Below, piece by piece: positions 16,190 to 20,000 of a stretch of 20,000 nt of DNA. A model generated the notes under the pieces. That model was not told the origin of the DNA and made no database searches. It saw nothing but the letters and a program-made list of their open reading frames with translations. The position numbers and the translations under genes were made by a program. The DNA is from an uncultured virus (IMG/VR IMGVR_UViG_3300042564_005465) (taxonomy: Duplodnaviria > Heunggongvirae > Uroviricota > Caudoviricetes), in the IMG/VR virus record IMGVR_UViG_3300042564_005465; one strand, written 5' to 3'. Numbering within the stretch: the first letter of the stretch is position 1; every line of letters starts with the position of its first letter.

Positions 16190-16836
16190 CGGGCATTTCC
16201 TTCAAAACCCGCATCCTCTAGATCTTTTTGGCAGTCAAACAGGGCTTGTTTTCCTTTGCCAGCATAATTATTCAGGATGTTTTCAACTGCCTGAGATTCA
16301 TCAGGTAAATCGTCACTGTACAACCATACTTTTTGTGCTACCAAGAGTCTCAGCAGTCCCATATTTGGCATGTAAGTAAGTTTCACTGTTCTTCCCACAC
16401 TGCTGGGAAATCCTTCAAGACTTTCCAAATAGGGCATGTCATATATTTGAACGTCGCGGTCCACAGTGTTTGGTCCTCCTTTAAGATTTGTGAGGGAGGT
16501 GCCTTTTATCACTAAATCTCTACTCACATAATCAAATGTGCCGCCCAGATCCTTTATATTAGGACAATCAAAGATCTCTAGATCTCTACCAATATAACTG
16601 GGCGCACCCTCAAAGGTTCTCACAAGTGATCTGTCTAAGCGAACATCACCACCTACAGATTTGATCTCCCACGCAAATTCAAGAACATCTCGCCTGATGT
16701 GAAGGCTTCCAGCTATCCCACCTTTTGCTTTCACACTCACGGTGTGTTCGTTATGAAATTCCAGTTCGCCATTCCAGGAAAAATCTTCTGTAAATGTTTC
16801 AGTAAGTTCTTGGATTTTTCTTGGGTCAGTTACCAT
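16183..16836 (-). CDS. LRR-array paralog (most divergent body)
   Basis: LTNLKGGP/LESLEGFP repeats; conserved tail. Confidence 0.9.
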   Translation of the reverse strand: MVTDPRKIQELTETFTEDFSWNGELEFHNEHTVSVKAKGGIAGSLHIRRDVLEFAWEIKSVGGDVRLDRSLVRTFEGAPSYIGRDLEIFDCPNIKDLGGTFDYVSRDLVIKGTSLTNLKGGPNTVDRDVQIYDMPYLESLEGFPSSVGRTVKLTYMPNMGLLRLLVAQKVWLYSDDLPDESQAVENILNNYAGKGKQALFDCQKDLEDAGFEGNARW

Positions 16837-17423
16837 CTTGCATTTCCTTCAAATCCCTCATCTTCCAATTCTTTTTGGCATTCAAACAAGGCACGCTTGC
16901 CTTGACCGTGGTATTTGTTTAAAATTTTTTCTACTTGTGCTGCATTGTCTTGATCTTCCGTAGTCATTTGATTTGCCCACAATGCTACGCCTTGTTTAGC
17001 CAATAGCGTGCGCAACAATGGTAGATTGGGTGTCCAGTCGAGGCTTACAAATTCTCCCAATTCAGTGGGGAATCCATCCAATGTTTTCAACTGTGGGTTA
17101 CTACGCAGACGCAAATAACCCCCAATTTTTTGAGTACAACCAACAAGACTTGTTAACTTATTACCAGTTAAGTTCAACAACCCAGTAATCTCAGTTGGCA
17201 TTCCCTTAAGAGATGTCAACTCACAGTAGGATAGGCGAAAGTCGCCATCAATGCGCCCAAATTGCACAGGCAGCTCACCATTTGGAAAATCCTCTCCTCG
17301 TATTTGTGCTTCGACACTGCTGGCGACGTTGACTACACCATTGATAGTGACTTCAACACTTTCACTGTCATTTGCCAAAAACCACTTGTTGAATATTTTG
17401 TGAATCTGTTCTCTATCTACCAT
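16830..17423 (-). CDS. LRR-array paralog
   Basis: LTSLKGMP/LTSLVGC/LKTLDGFP repeats; conserved tail. Confidence 0.9.
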   Translation of the reverse strand: MVDREQIHKIFNKWFLANDSESVEVTINGVVNVASSVEAQIRGEDFPNGELPVQFGRIDGDFRLSYCELTSLKGMPTEITGLLNLTGNKLTSLVGCTQKIGGYLRLRSNPQLKTLDGFPTELGEFVSLDWTPNLPLLRTLLAKQGVALWANQMTTEDQDNAAQVEKILNKYHGQGKRALFECQKELEDEGFEGNARW

Positions 17424-18214
17424 CTTGCATTCTCCGCAAATCCTGCATCTTCCAAGTCCTTTTGGCAGTCAAATAGGGCTCGTTTGCCTTGCCCTCCGTA
17501 GCGATTGAGAATTACTTCAGCTGTTTTGTGCTTCCCATCTTTGGGATACAGTTGAATCTCTTTTGCGAGCAAACAACGAAGCAGTGGCAAAGTGGAGCTA
17601 TAGGAGAGATGTAAGATTCCAGGTATGGTTGGCAAGCCTTCAAGTGTGGTGAGCTGGTTGTTGTGGCAGTTGAAACTACCACCAATTGAAGTGGGCGCAC
17701 CTTCAAGTGTGGTGAGCTGGTTGTTGGAGCAATCGTAATGACGACCAACTGAAGTGGGCCCACCTTCAAGTGTGGTGAGCTGGTTGTTATAGCACAATAA
17801 ACTACCACCAACTGAAGTGGGCCCACCTTCAAGTGTGGTGAGCTGGTTGTTGTGGCACAAGAAATCACCACCAACTGAAGTGGGCCCACCTTCAAGTGTG
17901 GTGAGCTGGTTGTTGTGGCACCAGAAACCACCACCAACTGAAGTGGGTGCACCTTGGAGTGTAGTGAGCTGGTTGTTGTAGCACAAGAAACCACCACCAA
18001 CTGAAATGGGCCCACCTTCAAGTGTGGTGAGCTGGTTGTTGCCGCACTTGAAACTACCACCAACCTTATCAAAAGCAACAGGCAATCTCTTCAACTTCTT
18101 TTTAGGAGTTACCATACCTGTACAACTAACCAATCCCTTATCATCAATGGTTATTGAACCAGTTGTTTTGAAATATTTTTCCAACAAAGCCATTACTTCT
18201 TTTTTGTCTACCAT
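17417..18214 (-). CDS. LRR-array paralog with 7 near-identical 21-aa modules
   Basis: GGxFxCxxNQLTTLEG(G/A)PTSV x7; conserved tail. Confidence 0.93.
   Translation of the reverse strand: MVDKKEVMALLEKYFKTTGSITIDDKGLVSCTGMVTPKKKLKRLPVAFDKVGGSFKCGNNQLTTLEGGPISVGGGFLCYNNQLTTLQGAPTSVGGGFWCHNNQLTTLEGGPTSVGGDFLCHNNQLTTLEGGPTSVGGSLLCYNNQLTTLEGGPTSVGRHYDCSNNQLTTLEGAPTSIGGSFNCHNNQLTTLEGLPTIPGILHLSYSSTLPLLRCLLAKEIQLYPKDGKHKTAEVILNRYGGQGKRALFDCQKDLEDAGFAENARW
17632..18064 (-). repeat. 63-bp tandem coding repeat, ~7 units
   Basis: ccttcaagtgtggtgagctggttg recurs every 63 nt; boundaries approximate. Confidence 0.92.
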
Positions 18215-19131
18215 CTTGCATTCTCCTCAAAGCCAGCGTCCTCTAGATCTTTTTGGCAATCAAACATTGCTCGTTTGCCTTGCCCTCCGTAGCGATTGAG
18301 AATTACTTCAGCTGTTTTGTGCTTTCCATGCAGAGGATACAGTTGAATCTCTTTTGCCAACAAGCAACGAAGCAGTGGCAAGGTGGGGCTGTAGGAGAGA
18401 TGTAAGGTTCCAGGTACAGTTGGCAAGCCTTCAAGTGTGGTGAGCTGCTGGTTGCTGCACGAGAAATTACCACCAACTGAAGTGGGTGCACCTTCAAGTG
18501 TGGTGAGCTGGTTGTTGTCGCACCAGAAACTACCACCAACTGAAGTGGGTGCACCTTCAAGTGTGGTGAGCTGGTTGATGTGGCAGAAGAAACCACCACC
18601 AACTGAAGTGGGTGCACCTTCAAGTGTGGTGAGCTGGTTGTTGTCGCACCAGAAACTACCACCAACTGAAGTGGGCCCACCTTCAAGTGTAGTGAGCTGG
18701 TTGAGGCTGCACAAGAAATCACCACCAACTGAAGTGGGCCCACCTTCAAGTGTGGTGAGCTGGTTGTTGGAGCAATCGTAATGACGACCAACTGAAGTGG
18801 GCCCACCTTCAAGTGTGGTGAGCTGGTTGAGGCTGCATAAGAAACCACCACCAACTGAAGTGGGTGCACCTTGGAGTGTGGTGAGCTGGTTGATGTGGCA
18901 GAAGAAACTACCACCAACTGAAGTGGGTGCACCTTCAAGTGTGGTGAGCTGGTTGTTGTCGCACTTGAAATCACCACCAACCTTATCAAAAGCAACAGGC
19001 AATCTCTTCAACTTCTTTTTAGGAGTTACCATACCTGTACAACTAACCAATCCCTTATCGTCAATGGTTATTGAACCAGTTGTTTTGAAATTAGCTTTCA
19101 ACAAAGCCATTACTTCTTTTTTGTCTACCAT
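18208..19131 (-). CDS. LRR-array paralog with 9 near-identical 21-aa modules
   Basis: 307 aa = 265 + 2x21; same N-cap and tail as neighbours. Confidence 0.93.
   Translation of the reverse strand: MVDKKEVMALLKANFKTTGSITIDDKGLVSCTGMVTPKKKLKRLPVAFDKVGGDFKCDNNQLTTLEGAPTSVGGSFFCHINQLTTLQGAPTSVGGGFLCSLNQLTTLEGGPTSVGRHYDCSNNQLTTLEGGPTSVGGDFLCSLNQLTTLEGGPTSVGGSFWCDNNQLTTLEGAPTSVGGGFFCHINQLTTLEGAPTSVGGSFWCDNNQLTTLEGAPTSVGGNFSCSNQQLTTLEGLPTVPGTLHLSYSPTLPLLRCLLAKEIQLYPLHGKHKTAEVILNRYGGQGKRAMFDCQKDLEDAGFEENARW
18422..18981 (-). repeat. 63-bp tandem coding repeat, ~9 units
   Basis: agtgggtgca at 18481 and 18544 (period 63); boundaries approximate. Confidence 0.92.
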
Positions 19132-19922
19132 CTGGCATTTCCTTCAAATCCAGCATCTTCTAAGTCTTTTTGGCATTCAAACAAGTATCGTATGCCGTTT
19201 CCTGCGTATCGATTGAGAATTTTTTCAGCTGTTTTGTGCTTCCCATTCTCAGGATACAGTTGAATCTCTTTTGCGAGCAAACAACGAAGCAGTGGCAAAG
19301 TGGAGCTATAGGAGAGATGTAAGATTCCAGGTATGGTTGGCATTCCTTCAAGTGTGGTGAGCTGGTTGTTGTGGCAGTCGAAACTACCACCAATTGAAGT
19401 GGGCGCACCTTCAAGTGTAGTGAGCTGGTTGTTGGAGCAATCGTAATGACGACCAACTGAAGTGGGCCCACCTTCAAGTGTGGTGAGCTGGTTGTTATAG
19501 CACAATAAACTACCACCAACTGAAATGGGCCCACCTTCAAGTGTGGTGAGCTGGTTGTTGTGGCACAAGAAATCACCACCAACTGAAGTGGGTGCACCTT
19601 CAAGTGTGGTGAGCTGCTGGTCGCTGCACGAGAAACTACCACCAACTGAAGTGGGTGCACCTTGGAGTGTGGTGAGCTGGTTGTTGTAGCACCAGAAATC
19701 ACCACCAACTGAAATGGGCCCACCTTCAAGTGTGGTGAGCTGGTTGTTGCCGCACTTGAAACTACCACCAACCTTATCAAAAGCAACAGGCAATCTCTTC
19801 AACTTCTTTTTAGGAGTTACCATACCTGTACAACTAACCAATCCCTTATCATCAATGGTTATTGAACCAGTTGTTTTGAAATATTTTTCCAACAAAGCCA
19901 TTACTTCTTTTTTGTCTACCAT
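19125..19922 (-). CDS. LRR-array paralog with 7 near-identical 21-aa modules
   Basis: Nearly identical to 17417..18214 apart from modules 2-3, a few point changes and the tail. Confidence 0.93.
   Translation of the reverse strand: MVDKKEVMALLEKYFKTTGSITIDDKGLVSCTGMVTPKKKLKRLPVAFDKVGGSFKCGNNQLTTLEGGPISVGGDFWCYNNQLTTLQGAPTSVGGSFSCSDQQLTTLEGAPTSVGGDFLCHNNQLTTLEGGPISVGGSLLCYNNQLTTLEGGPTSVGRHYDCSNNQLTTLEGAPTSIGGSFDCHNNQLTTLEGMPTIPGILHLSYSSTLPLLRCLLAKEIQLYPENGKHKTAEKILNRYAGNGIRYLFECQKDLEDAGFEGNARW
19340..19772 (-). repeat. 63-bp tandem coding repeat, ~7 units
   Basis: Same unit as the two adjacent genes; boundaries approximate. Confidence 0.92.
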
Positions 19923-20000
19923 CTGGCATTTCCTTCAAAGCCTGCATCTTCCAAGTCTTTTTGGCAGTCAAACATTGCTCGTTTGCCTTGCCCTGCGTAT
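19916..20000 (-). CDS. 3' end of a further array paralog (partial; array continues beyond the window)
   Basis: Hand translation YAGQGKRAMFDCQKDLEDAGFEGNARW*, same 7-nt overlap. Confidence 0.9.
   Translation of the reverse strand, partial: YAGQGKRAMFDCQKDLEDAGFEGNARW

Noticed and set aside
17632..19772. CRISPR array (regular constant/variable alternation)
   Set aside because: Period is 63 nt, in frame within intact ORFs; the variable parts are homologous codons rather than unique spacers; no cas genes in the window
17632..19772. Diversity-generating retroelement target (variable codons are largely NNT/NNC, as if derived from AAT/AAC)
   Set aside because: Synonymous adenines in the linker (ACA, GAA, TCA) stay invariant, which adenine-specific mutagenesis would not spare; no reverse transcriptase or template repeat in the window. 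An RT plus an AAC-rich template elsewhere in the genome would reopen this
17512..19786. Long alternative-frame ORFs (17512..18078, 18303..18995, 19160..19786) and + strand ORFs over the repeats
   Set aside because: By-products of a stop-free repeat unit; no RBS seen and not preserved in the divergent paralogs
13670..19922. Stop-codon reassignment or programmed frameshift fusing the array into a polyprotein
   Set aside because: Junction stops are a mix of TAG and TAA, TAG read-through at 19916 meets TAA four codons later, and a slippery heptamer (G GGA AAT) is seen at only one junction
1..20000. tRNA/rRNA genes, integrase or transposase
   Set aside because: No cloverleaf-like intergenic segment or recombinase motif seen; intergenic gaps are short

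Overview
Fragment of a large (probably jumbo, T4-like-gene-carrying) phage genome. 1-9944 (+ strand) is a dense run of small early-type genes driven by a repeated TTGAC-N16-TGnTATA promoter, ending in an rIIA-rIIB-membrane protein operon. 10283-13343 (+) holds a miniaturised PHP-less C-family (DnaE-like) polymerase, an unannotated 50-aa ArfA-like basic peptide, a hypothetical gene and a ClpP-like protease. 13670-20000 (- strand) is the standout: at least 10 tandem paralogous leucine-rich-repeat genes. Each ends in a conserved ~30-aa tail whose DNA also supplies the RBS and ATG of the next gene (7-nt ATGGTAR overlap). The three upstream complete copies are built from near-identical 63-bp modules that vary almost only at the predicted binding-face codons and appear shuffled between genes, suggesting a recombination-driven, VLR-like diversifying binder array. 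Family assignments come from motif recognition only; no searches were run.
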